A stretch of DNA of 64,000 bases, taken from assembly GCA_963840455.1 (NCBI GenBank), contig CAWIYV010000010.1, positions 256,001 to 320,000 of the forward strand, given 5' to 3'. Source of the DNA: Nitrospirota bacterium. GTDB lineage: Bacteria; Nitrospirota; UBA9217. Position 1 is the first letter of the stretch. Each line of letters begins with the position of its first letter. A model generated the notes under the pieces. It was given only the letters and a program-made list of their open reading frames with translations. It was not told where the DNA came from and ran no database searches. Position numbers and translations under genes: made by a program. This document shows, one piece after another, positions 49,940-59,337 of this stretch.

Positions 49940-52900
49940 CTACGACCCGATGACTCCCGCCTCTTCGGACTCCACGGCCGCATCGATCATGGCGATGATC
50001 TGGTCGTCGCGGAAGTTGTTCACCTGGAACGCCTTGGCCGGGCAGATGCCGGCGCAGATGCCGCAGCCCATGCACTTGACCTCGTTGTGCGAGATCTTCC
50101 CATCCTTGTCGATGAAGGGCGACCCGAAGGGGCAGACCCGCAGGCACGAGAGGCAGGACATGCAGAGCTCCCGCTTGTGCTTGGCGATGATGCCCGAGAC
50201 CGCGAGCTTCTCGTGCGACAGGATGACCCCTGCGCGGCCCGCGGCGGCAAGCGCCTGGGTGATGGTCTCGTCGAGGTTCTTCGGAGCGTGGCCGAGGCCT
50301 GCCACGAAGAGCCCTTCGCTCGGGAAGTCCACCGGCCTGAGCTTGACGTGCGCTTCGAGATAATAGCCGTCGGGGTTGCGGGTGACCTTGTACAGGGCAC
50401 CGACACTGTCGGTCGTGGGATGAGGCCGGAGCCCGACTGAAAGGACGAGCCAGTCCGCATCGAACTGCAGTTCCCGGTCCAGCATGTAGTCCCAGGCCTT
50501 GACCTGGACCTTGTTCCCTGCCTGCACGACAGCGGGCTTTTTATCCACGTCGTACCGGACAAAGAGCACGCCGAGGTCGCGGGCCTTCTTATAATAATCC
50601 TCGCGCAGACCGTACGTGCGGATGTCCCGGTACACGATGACCACTTCCGCTGCCGGATTCCGCTCCTTGATGGCAATGGCGTTCTTGATGGCGTCCTGGC
50701 AGCAGACGCGGGAGCAGTACTGGGCAGGCTCTTCGCGGGAGCCCACGCACTGGATCATGACGAAGCGCTCACCGGACCTCGGGACAAGCTTCTCGCCGAA
50801 AAGCTTCTTTTCCAGCTCGCGCTGGGTGATAACGTTCTTGCTCTGGCCGGCAAGGTATTCCGTTGGCTGGTATTCAACGCCTCCGGTCGCAAGGATGATC
50901 GCGCCATGCTTCACGACCTTTCCGTTGCTCAGGGTCGTCTCGAAATTGCCGACAAATCCGTCGGTGTTCTTCACCTCCGCGCCGGTATGTACGGTGATCT
51001 TCGGATGGGCCTTCACCTCGGCGATCTTTGCAGCAAGGAACTGCTGGACATCAGAGCCGTCGAGGCTCCGGTAGAGGTTCCTCGCCAATCCTCCGAGCTC
51101 AGGGTCCTTCTCGATGATATGCACGGGATAACCCTGGTCGGCCAAGGTAAGCGCCGATGTCATGCCGGCAACGCCGCCGCCGATGACAAGCGCGGCCGGG
51201 GTCACGCCCACGGTCTCGCTCTTGAGCGGCTCCTGGAGCCGGGACTTCGCGACCGCCATCTTCACGATCTTGATCGCCTTCTTCGTGGCCACCTCGTTCT
51301 GGCCCTTGTGGCACCACGAGCACTGCTCGCGGATGTCGGCGAGATCGAAGAGATACTTGTTGAGGCCCGCCTCGCGGATCGTTTCCTGGAACAGCTTCTC
51401 GTGGGTCCGGGGCGTGCAGGACGCGATCACGACGCGGTTCAGGTTCTGGTCCTTGATCGTCTGTTTGATCACGTCCTGGTTGTCCTGGGCGCAGGCGTAG
51501 ATGGTGTTCGTGACGTAGGCGACGCCCTTTTCCTTCTTGATGGACTCGACGACCTGGTCGATCTCGACGGTGGACGAGATGTTCGTGCCGCAGTGGCAGA
51601 CGAACACGCCGATGCGCGGCGCCTCGCCGGCCACGTCCTTCTCAGGCGGCAGCTCCTTCTCGACCGTCTCGGTGCCGCGCGCCTCGGAAAGGAGGGCCAT
51701 GACGCTGCCGGCAACACCGCTCCCCTGCATGACCGTATCGGGTATGTCCTTGGGGCCCTGGTAGATGCCGGTGACGAACACGCCGTCGCGCGAGGTCTTG
51801 ACCGGCGCGAAGTGCGAGGTCCTGGCGAAGCGGTAGTCGTTCATCTCGATGCCGAAGGTCTTCGCGAATTCCGCGGCGTCCTTGTGGGGCTCAAATCCCA
51901 CGGACAGGACCACCATGTCGAATTTCTCGTTCGAGAGCTTGCCGTCCTCGCCGGCGGTGCGGAGGATGAGGTTGCCAGTGCCCGGCTCCTCACGGACCGC
52001 GGACACCATGGCGCGGCGGTACTTGACGCCGTAGTCGTTCTTCGCGCGCTCGACGTACTTGTCGAAGTCCTTGCCGAAGGCCCGCATCTCCATGTAGAAG
52101 ACCGTGGGCTCGATGTTCTTGTCGTGCTCCTTGGCGATGATGGACTGCTTGGTGGCGTACATGCAGCAGACCGACGAGCACCAGGGATTCGCGTTGTGAT
52201 TGTCCCGGGACCCGACGCATTGGATCCAGGCGACCTTGACCGGGTGCTTCTGGTCCGACGGCCGCTGGACAACGCCTTTATAGGGGCCTGACGCAGAGAG
52301 GATGCGCTCGAACTGGACGGAGGTGACCACGTTCGGCCAGCGGCCCAGGCCCAGCTCGGGCCGCACCCGCGCATCGTATCGGCTGAGGCCCGGCCCCAGG
52401 ATGATGGAGCCGACCTTCAGCTCGATCTCCTGGTCCTGGTCCTCGTAGTTGATCGCGTTGGCCTTGCAGGCCTTTTCGCAAAGACGGCAGCGTTTCTTTT
52501 GCGGGTCCGTGAGACAAAGGCAGCTCTTCGCATCGATGGCGCGCGTGTTCGGCACTGCCTGGGGAAAGAGCGAGAAGATGGCCTTGCGCTGGCCCAGCTG
52601 CTGGTCGAACTCGCTCGGCACCTTCTTGGGACACTTGGCCTCGCAGTCGCCGCAGCCCGTGCACTTGTCAGTTCTTACGTACCGCGCGGCCTTTTTGACC
52701 TTCACGGTGAAGTTGCCCGCCTGGCCGGAGACCGACGTGACCTCTGACAAGGTGTGGATGTCGACATTGAGATGGCGGCCCACCTCGACCATCTTGGGCG
52801 AGATCATGCACATGGCGCAATCGCCCGTGGGGAAGGTCTTGTCGAGCATGACCATGGTGCCGCCGACAGACGTGTCCCGCTGGACCATGTGCACCTTGAA

Positions 52901-52996
52901 ACCGCTGTCGGCGAGGTCAAGCGCCGCCTGCATGCCGCCGATGCCGCCGCCGACGATCAGAACGGAGCCGCGCTTATTGGTTTTGGATGCGCTCAT
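49940..52996 (-). CDS. hdrA: large heterodisulfide reductase subunit A-like protein (two FAD modules)
   Basis: GGGIGG, LDKTFPTGDC, two IQCVGSR..CSxVCC, SCTPRTHE, GGGVAG. Confidence 0.93.
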   Translation of the reverse strand: MSASKTNKRGSVLIVGGGIGGMQAALDLADSGFKVHMVQRDTSVGGTMVMLDKTFPTGDCAMCMISPKMVEVGRHLNVDIHTLSEVTSVSGQAGNFTVKVKKAARYVRTDKCTGCGDCEAKCPKKVPSEFDQQLGQRKAIFSLFPQAVPNTRAIDAKSCLCLTDPQKKRCRLCEKACKANAINYEDQDQEIELKVGSIILGPGLSRYDARVRPELGLGRWPNVVTSVQFERILSASGPYKGVVQRPSDQKHPVKVAWIQCVGSRDNHNANPWCSSVCCMYATKQSIIAKEHDKNIEPTVFYMEMRAFGKDFDKYVERAKNDYGVKYRRAMVSAVREEPGTGNLILRTAGEDGKLSNEKFDMVVLSVGFEPHKDAAEFAKTFGIEMNDYRFARTSHFAPVKTSRDGVFVTGIYQGPKDIPDTVMQGSGVAGSVMALLSEARGTETVEKELPPEKDVAGEAPRIGVFVCHCGTNISSTVEIDQVVESIKKEKGVAYVTNTIYACAQDNQDVIKQTIKDQNLNRVVIASCTPRTHEKLFQETIREAGLNKYLFDLADIREQCSWCHKGQNEVATKKAIKIVKMAVAKSRLQEPLKSETVGVTPAALVIGGGVAGMTSALTLADQGYPVHIIEKDPELGGLARNLYRSLDGSDVQQFLAAKIAEVKAHPKITVHTGAEVKNTDGFVGNFETTLSNGKVVKHGAIILATGGVEYQPTEYLAGQSKNVITQRELEKKLFGEKLVPRSGERFVMIQCVGSREEPAQYCSRVCCQDAIKNAIAIKERNPAAEVVIVYRDIRTYGLREDYYKKARDLGVLFVRYDVDKKPAVVQAGNKVQVKAWDYMLDRELQFDADWLVLSVGLRPHPTTDSVGALYKVTRNPDGYYLEAHVKLRPVDFPSEGLFVAGLGHAPKNLDETITQALAAAGRAGVILSHEKLAVSGIIAKHKRELCMSCLSCLRVCPFGSPFIDKDGKISHNEVKCMGCGICAGICPAKAFQVNNFRDDQIIAMIDAAVESEEAGVIGS

Positions 52997-53871
52997 AACA
53001 GGTTCAACTCCTTTAACAGGCCCATGGCGTCGACGAAATGCCGGTCCACCTGCATTGCCTCGGGGCTCATGCCCATGGAGACGCCGATGAGCTCGGTGAT
53101 GAAGTAGACGGGCAGCCGCTTCTCGATGCCGTATTTCTTTCCCACCGCGTCCTGGTAGGCGTCGACATTGAACTGGCAGAGCGGACAGGTGGTGACCAGG
53201 CAATTCGCACCGCGCCCGATGGCGTCGGTGAAGATGCGGGACATGAGCAACTGGGACTGGTCCGCGTCGTTGACCGAGGCCGACGCGCCGCAGCAGTCCG
53301 TCTTGTAGCCCCAGTCCACCGGGACTGCGCCCAGGGACCTCAGGATGGTCTCCATGCCCTGGGGGTTCTCTACGTCGTCGGGCACGTCCACGTCGAGGGG
53401 AAAACGCGTGAGGAGGCAGCCGTAGTAGCAGGCCGGCTTGAGCCCTTCAAGCTTCTTCACCGTCTTCGCCGTAAGCTCGCCGGATTTTGCTTTCGGCACC
53501 AGTACCTCGAGAATGCTCGAGACCTTGATGTCGCCCTTGATCTTCTGCGAAAGTTCGGCGTTGATAGAATCCTTGAGCGCTGGATCGGCAGCCAAAGCCT
53601 TTTGCGAGACCAGAGTCCTGCTGTAGCACGAAGAACAGGGGATCACGATCTCCGCGAGGCCGGTCGCCGCGGCTAAACCCAGGTTCCGCGCGGGCAGTGC
53701 GACAGCGAGGAAATCATCGGTCTTGGCCGCGGCAGTGGCGCCGCAGCAGTTCCAGTCCTCGATCTCCCTGAGCTCGATGCCCAGGTTCTGGAACACCATC
53801 TTGCATTGCACGTCATAGAGCTCCGATGACGAGTGCAGGGAGCAACCGGGATAGTAGGCAAGTTGTGTCAT
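52993..53871 (-). CDS. hdrB: heterodisulfide reductase subunit B
   Basis: YYPGCS, WNCCG, YYGCLLTR, DCCG, CPLCQFN (CCG domains). Confidence 0.93.
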   Translation of the reverse strand: MTQLAYYPGCSLHSSSELYDVQCKMVFQNLGIELREIEDWNCCGATAAAKTDDFLAVALPARNLGLAAATGLAEIVIPCSSCYSRTLVSQKALAADPALKDSINAELSQKIKGDIKVSSILEVLVPKAKSGELTAKTVKKLEGLKPACYYGCLLTRFPLDVDVPDDVENPQGMETILRSLGAVPVDWGYKTDCCGASASVNDADQSQLLMSRIFTDAIGRGANCLVTTCPLCQFNVDAYQDAVGKKYGIEKRLPVYFITELIGVSMGMSPEAMQVDRHFVDAMGLLKELNLL

Positions 53872-53891
53872 GGATTTCTCTCCGGGGACCG

Positions 53892-54494
53892 CTAGCGGCC
53901 CTTTGCTTTTTCGTACAGGGCCTTCACTTCCGAACGCGCCTTCACCTTGTCCAAACCGAGATGCAGCCGCTTCTTCTTCATCATATCCACCGCGAGACGA
54001 GCCTGGCCGACCATCTCGTCGATGACCGCCTTCACCTTCCCCTTCGAAAGCTCCTTGATCGCGGTCTTGGTCTCGTAGATCGTGAGGGCCTCGATCTCGT
54101 TGAAGCGGCCCAGGTGCCGCGTCGATGTCATGAATGCGCTGTGGAAGTCCGCGATACGGGGGGTGAGCGGCGTGGCGTGGGCCTTCTTGGCCATCTGCTT
54201 CAGGGTCTCGGTGATCCGCGCAGTCTGGATGTTGTTGGGGCAGCGCGTGCCGCAGGTATAGCAGGCCACGCACTTCCAGACCAGCAGGTTGTTCAGTGCG
54301 GCCTCCCGGTCGCCGACCACGATCAGCCTGATCAGGCGGTCCGGCGTGACACCCGTCTCTTCGCCGACCGGGCAGCCGGCCGCGCAGCGCCGGCATTGAT
54401 AGCAGGCCTGGAGGTTCTGGCCCGATCGCTTTTGGACCTCGTCCAGGAGCGGCTTCGAGGTTGCGGCATCATAGGTTAATACTGATGATGACAT
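53892..54494 (-). CDS. hdrC: heterodisulfide reductase subunit C
   Basis: CYQCRRCAAGCP, CVACYTCGTRCP. Confidence 0.92.
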   Translation of the reverse strand: MSSSVLTYDAATSKPLLDEVQKRSGQNLQACYQCRRCAAGCPVGEETGVTPDRLIRLIVVGDREAALNNLLVWKCVACYTCGTRCPNNIQTARITETLKQMAKKAHATPLTPRIADFHSAFMTSTRHLGRFNEIEALTIYETKTAIKELSKGKVKAVIDEMVGQARLAVDMMKKKRLHLGLDKVKARSEVKALYEKAKGR

Positions 54495-54704
54495 ATGCAC
54501 TCCCTTGACCGGATGGCCTTCGTTGGTTCCCGGCAAATCAAGTTCTTATTACACGGATGACTCTTTACCGCGAAGACGCTAAGAACGCGAAGAAAACCTT
54601 GGGATTGCCGTCTCGGCAGAAAACCCTTCGCGACCTTCGCGCCTCAGAGTGGCCCTCTTTTGGGCCATAGCGGTTCCAACGCTCCAGGTTCCGGCCTGTC
54701 CCTT

Positions 54705-55268
54705 TTAAGACCGCTCTTTCAGAAGCTCCAGCATCTCCATGCGCGTGGACTCCTTGGTGCGGAAGATGCCGCGGACAGCTGAGGTGACCACCCGGGAGCC
54801 CGGCTTCTTCACTCCGCGCATGCTCATGCAGAGGTGCTCGGCATCGATCACGACCATGGCGCCCTTGGGCTTCAGGCTGCTCACGATGAAGTCGGCGAAC
54901 TGTGTGGTCAGCCGCTCCTGCACCTGCGGCCGCTTGGCAAAAATCTCGAGGGCCCGGGCCAGCGCGCTGATGCCCACGATCTTCCCGGCGCCCGGGATGT
55001 AGGCGATATGGGCCTTGCCGAAGAACGGCAGGAGATGGTGCTCGCAGACCGAGTAGAACGGGATGTCCCGGATCATCACCATCTCGTCGTGGGTCTCGCC
55101 CGCCATAGGCTTGAGCAGCTCGCTCGTGTCGGCCGCGATGCCCGAGAAGATCTCCTGATACATTTCGGCCACGCGCTGGGGCGTGCTTCGGAGCCCCGGC
55201 CGCTCAGGGTCCTCCCCGATGCCTTCGATGATGAGCCGTACGCCTTTTTCTATTTTTTTGAGATCCAT
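54705..55268 (-). CDS. folE: GTP cyclohydrolase I
   Basis: [27 protein letters not shown]. Confidence 0.96.
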   Translation of the reverse strand: MDLKKIEKGVRLIIEGIGEDPERPGLRSTPQRVAEMYQEIFSGIAADTSELLKPMAGETHDEMVMIRDIPFYSVCEHHLLPFFGKAHIAYIPGAGKIVGISALARALEIFAKRPQVQERLTTQFADFIVSSLKPKGAMVVIDAEHLCMSMRGVKKPGSRVVTSAVRGIFRTKESTRMEMLELLKERS

Positions 55269-55289
55269 CCCGATTGTGTATGATAACGC

Positions 55290-55847
55290 TTACTGGCGGT
55301 GAACGTCTATTACTCTTTTTTCCGTTACGATCATCTGCATCGGTATATCATGCAGGTCTGCAGGCGCATCCGAAACGATCTGGAGCTCAAAGGCCAGTGC
55401 CGCGGTCCTTCCTTTATATAAAGGAAGGAGCTTGTCGTAGAATCCCGCGCCATATCCGATGCGGTTCCCCTGCTCATCGAAGGCCGCGCCGGGCACGACG
55501 ATAAGACCGATGTCCTTGAGCTCTACGCGCATGCCTCCTTCCGGCTCGGGGATGCCCCAGGCGCCGGGGAGAACATCATTGTCAAAGCTCTTGATCTCGA
55601 AGAGCTCCAGTTCCTTCCCCTTCACCTTGGGGAGCACCACCCGCTTGCCCTCTGCAAGGGCCCGGCGGATCATGTGATGCGTTTCCACCTCGCTCTGGAA
55701 CGAGGCGTAGAACATGACGATGGACGCGGCGCGGTATTCCGGCAGGCTGAACAGTTTCGCCTCGATCTCCGCGCTCTTTACCCTCCGTTGCTCCGGCGTC
55801 AGCTTGAACCGCGCGTCCAGGACCTGTTTTCTGATCTTATCTTTCAC
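55290..55847 (-). CDS. 5-formyltetrahydrofolate cyclo-ligase
   Basis: GIPEP, VPGAAFD..GNRIGYGAGFYD. Confidence 0.93.
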   Translation of the reverse strand: MKDKIRKQVLDARFKLTPEQRRVKSAEIEAKLFSLPEYRAASIVMFYASFQSEVETHHMIRRALAEGKRVVLPKVKGKELELFEIKSFDNDVLPGAWGIPEPEGGMRVELKDIGLIVVPGAAFDEQGNRIGYGAGFYDKLLPLYKGRTAALAFELQIVSDAPADLHDIPMQMIVTEKRVIDVHRQ

Positions 55848-55853
55848 GGAGGA

Positions 55854-56633
55854 TTATTTCTTCATGAGCTGGTCCAGCGCCGCCTTGATCTTCTTTGCTT
55901 CTTCGACCGCCCCGGGTGATGCATCGAAGGGCGAGCGGCCGTCGAGGTCGGCCTTGACCGTGTCCGGCGTGTAGCTCATGAAACCCAGCACCTTCATGCC
56001 CGGCAGGTTCTTCTGCACGAACTCCTTGTCTGTCTCGCGCTGGATCTTGTTGCCCACAACGAAGACCTGCTTCACGCCCAGCCCCTGCGCCAGGGACTCG
56101 ATGTGCTTCGCGGTCTGCAGGCTCCGCTGGCCCGGCTCCACCACCACGATGAAGGCGTCGACACTGCCGGCCGTGCCGCGGGTCAGATGCTCGATGCCCG
56201 CTTCCATGTCGAGGATCACCACTTCATCGCGGCGCAGGATCAAGTGACTGATGAGACGCCGGAGAAGGGTGTTCTCGGGACAGAAGCACCCTGAACCCGC
56301 TTCGCGGGACTTCCCGACGACGAGGAGCCTGACACCCTCGTGCTGAACGCTGTAGGTCTCGGGAATGTCGTCGACCTTCGGGTTGATGCTGAACACCTTG
56401 GCCGATGAGCCCGGCCGCGCTCCGGTGCGCTCCTCGATCATGTCCGCCTGCTCGGCGAGCGGAAGGGCCTGCTTCGCCGCCTCAGGCGATATGCCCAGAG
56501 CGGACGCGAGGTTCGCGTCAGGGTCGGCATCGACAGCGAGGACCTTTCGGCCCTCCGCAGCGTAGAGCCTTGCCAGAAGTCCGGAGAGGGTGGTCTTGCC
56601 GACGCCGCCCTTCCCGGTAATTGCGATTTTCAT
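55854..56633 (-). CDS. cooC: CooC/AcsF nickel-insertion ATPase (second paralog)
   Basis: GKGGVGKT, GSGCFC, DMEAGIEHLTRGT. Confidence 0.92.
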   Translation of the reverse strand: MKIAITGKGGVGKTTLSGLLARLYAAEGRKVLAVDADPDANLASALGISPEAAKQALPLAEQADMIEERTGARPGSSAKVFSINPKVDDIPETYSVQHEGVRLLVVGKSREAGSGCFCPENTLLRRLISHLILRRDEVVILDMEAGIEHLTRGTAGSVDAFIVVVEPGQRSLQTAKHIESLAQGLGVKQVFVVGNKIQRETDKEFVQKNLPGMKVLGFMSYTPDTVKADLDGRSPFDASPGAVEEAKKIKAALDQLMKK

Positions 56634-56946
56634 GGGAAAAGCTCCTGAAGAAACGACTCAACAAAATAGCATCACAAAAGAGGAGGTGTCAAGGATTTTT
56701 TGTTACCGGAGGTTACAAATGGTAACGGATATTAGCAACTCTATAACGAACGCATGGCCTTTCAGTGCTGCGAAAGACCTTCGTTCATGGCTGGCGACTG
56801 GATCGAGCCGGCGAGCAAGCGATCGGGAAACGACGTTGGCATGAGAAACATATTGGCAGCGTGCTGCCAAGCAATTCGATTTCTGTTCTCTCTGGCAGCG
56901 TGGAGGAAGAACCTCTGCAGAAAGCAACACCTCACTACCGGACCAC

Positions 56947-57327
56947 TCATGCCGGCGGAGCCCCGAACAGCTTGTTGATCAGCGAATGAAGGTCGCTGGG
57001 CTGGAACGGTTTTTTCACATACCCGCTCGCACCCAGGGCGAGGCCTCGCTGAGTGTCCTCTTCCTTTCCCTCGGTGCTCACGATGATGATAGGGATGCTG
57101 GCAAACTTCTTGAGCGCCTTTACCTTCTGGATGAACTCGAGGCCGTTCATGAGCGGCATGTTGATGTCCACCAGCATCATGTTCACATCGGGGTTCTTCT
57201 CCAGCTTGTCAATGCCGTCCTGGCCGTTGAGCGCCTGGACGATCTCGCACCGGTACCGCATGAGCACCATTTTGTACATCTGGTGTATCAGGGCCGAATC
57301 ATCGACCACCAGCACCTTCTTGAGCAT
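56947..57327 (-). CDS. single-domain response regulator (CheY-like)
   Basis: VVDDS, VDINMPLMNG, KKPF. Confidence 0.9.
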   Translation of the reverse strand: MLKKVLVVDDSALIHQMYKMVLMRYRCEIVQALNGQDGIDKLEKNPDVNMMLVDINMPLMNGLEFIQKVKALKKFASIPIIIVSTEGKEEDTQRGLALGASGYVKKPFQPSDLHSLINKLFGAPPA

Positions 57328-57374
57328 TGCCTCATCCTCCTGCCGTCGTAAATGCATCGCGGTCAACTGCCGCG

Positions 57375-57770
57375 CTAGTTCTTGAGCGGGATCCCCAGCT
57401 CCTCGATCTTCTGCATCAGTTCCCGGATATCGACGGGCTTCTGGTAATAATGGGTGGCGCCGCGATCGTAGGCGTCCTGCCGGACCTCCTCGGAGCCATG
57501 CGCGGTCATGATGATGACCTTGGTCCCGGGCCAGTAACGCCTGATATACGTCAGGAGCTCCAGCCCTTCCTCGCCCAGTATGCCCGACATGCGGATGTCG
57601 GCGATCACCAGGTCGAATGCGTGCTTCTTCAACGCCTCCTCGGCGGGCTCGAGCCTGCTCGCCGTGATCACTTCCACGTCCCGGGACCGCAGGGCGTACG
57701 AAAGCGTCAGCAGGATGGTCGGCTCATCATCAACGATCAGTATCTTCTTGGGAGCGTTGGCCTCGCCCAT
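57375..57770 (-). CDS. single-domain response regulator
   Basis: IVDDE, ADIRM, MTAHG, QKP. Confidence 0.88.
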   Translation of the reverse strand: MGEANAPKKILIVDDEPTILLTLSYALRSRDVEVITASRLEPAEEALKKHAFDLVIADIRMSGILGEEGLELLTYIRRYWPGTKVIIMTAHGSEEVRQDAYDRGATHYYQKPVDIRELMQKIEELGIPLKN

Positions 57771-57896
57771 CGTAATGTTCTTCTCCGCGGTGCAGCGCTC
57801 ATGCTTGGAGGATTATACCAGAAAATCAATTTCATGAAAGTATTTATTGTCTGCTCCGCATCCTCCTTCACGTCCGGACACGGACGGGCCCGTGCC

Positions 57897-59321
57897 TGTA
57901 ATGCCAAAATGATAATGTCCTATTCTGCCAAAGTAGAAATGTCCTAATTCCGGCTACAATGCCCTACCAATCGGGAGGGCACAGTGGCAGATAAGGACAT
58001 GATCACGATGAGCAGAAGGGAATCGAAACGTCTTCACGTTATCCATCAGGCATTGGACCGGAAGGTCAGCCAGGTCGCGGCAGCAGCGGTTCTCGGGCTG
58101 AGCGACCGGCAGCTCCGGCGGCTAATCAAGCGGGTTCGGACCGAGGGCGACGACGGCATATGCCACCGGTCTCGCGGCCGGGCGTCGAACAACCGGATTC
58201 TGAAGAAGATCAAGGAGCGGGCACTCAAGCTTTTTAAGCGAGAGTATGCCGACTTCAATCTTGCCCATGCCACGGAGAAACTTTATGAGGTCCATGGGAT
58301 CGCCATAAGCGATGAAACACTCCGGCTCTGGCTGAACGAGGCGGAGGTCCCCTATAAAAAGCGCCGAGTGAAGAAGCACCGGCAGCGGCGCGAACGGAAG
58401 GCCTGTTTCGGCGAGTTGGTACAGATAGACGGCTCCCATCATGACTGGTTCGAGGGCCGGGGCCCGTTCTGCGTGTTCATGGGGTACATTGACGACGCAA
58501 CGGGAACCGTTTATGGCCGATTCTATGATTACGAGGGCACGATGCCTGCCATGGACAGCATGAAGCGGTATATCAGGCTGTACGGTATCCCCCAGAGCGT
58601 CTATCTGGACAAGCACACCACGTACAAGTCATGGGCTAAGCCGACCATCGACGAACAGTTGTCCGGCCGGGAGCCCATGAGCCATTTTGAGAAGAGCTTG
58701 GCGGCCTTGGAGGTCGAGGTCATCCACGCCAACTCTCCCCAGGCCAAGGGCAGGGTGGAACGACTGTTCAAGACGCTGCAGGACCGCTTAGTCCGGGAGA
58801 TGCGCCTTCGGGGGATCAAGAACGTCGACGAGGCGAATACCTTCCTGGACGCCTATCTGCCGAAGCATAACAGTCGGTTCCGGAAACAGGCTCGTCTCAA
58901 GGCCGACCTGCACCGGCCGGCCCCGCATGCAAGAGAACTCGACCGCATCTTCTGCATCAAGGAGGAGCGGACGGTCAAGAACGACTTTACGATCGCGTAC
59001 AACGGCAAGCTTTACCAGATCGAGCAGATGACCCGGGCCAAGAAGGTCACCGTGGAGGCGCGTCTTGACGGCAGTTTGCATATCACTTACAACGGCCAGG
59101 ACCTGCGCTATCGGATGATTACGGAACAGCTGCCAAGGGAAACGCCGGGGCCACTCCCCCTGTTCCCAGCAAAGAAGCCTTGGATACCTCCGACCGATCA
59201 TCCCTGGAAAACGAGGCCCGCCCTCACACCTAGACGACGTCGAGAGCAGCCTCTATCGGCACCGTAAAAACCGGACATTTCTATTTTGGTAAGAATAGGA
59301 CATTTCTACTTTGGCTTGACA
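57897..59321 (+). mobile_element. IS1202-like (ISNCY) element 1, TGT...ACA ends, 16-bp target duplication
   Basis: Ends carry two CCAAAxTAGAAATGTCC-like motifs; flanked by CGGACGGGCCCGTGCC at 57881-57896 and 59322-59337. Confidence 0.88.
57984..59267 (+). CDS. DDE transposase (IS1202/IS481-like)
   Basis: QIDGSHHDWFE, YIDDATG, YLDKH, SPQAKGRVER. Confidence 0.92.
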   Translation: MADKDMITMSRRESKRLHVIHQALDRKVSQVAAAAVLGLSDRQLRRLIKRVRTEGDDGICHRSRGRASNNRILKKIKERALKLFKREYADFNLAHATEKLYEVHGIAISDETLRLWLNEAEVPYKKRRVKKHRQRRERKACFGELVQIDGSHHDWFEGRGPFCVFMGYIDDATGTVYGRFYDYEGTMPAMDSMKRYIRLYGIPQSVYLDKHTTYKSWAKPTIDEQLSGREPMSHFEKSLAALEVEVIHANSPQAKGRVERLFKTLQDRLVREMRLRGIKNVDEANTFLDAYLPKHNSRFRKQARLKADLHRPAPHARELDRIFCIKEERTVKNDFTIAYNGKLYQIEQMTRAKKVTVEARLDGSLHITYNGQDLRYRMITEQLPRETPGPLPLFPAKKPWIPPTDHPWKTRPALTPRRRREQPLSAP

Positions 59322-59337
59322 CGGACGGGCCCGTGCC

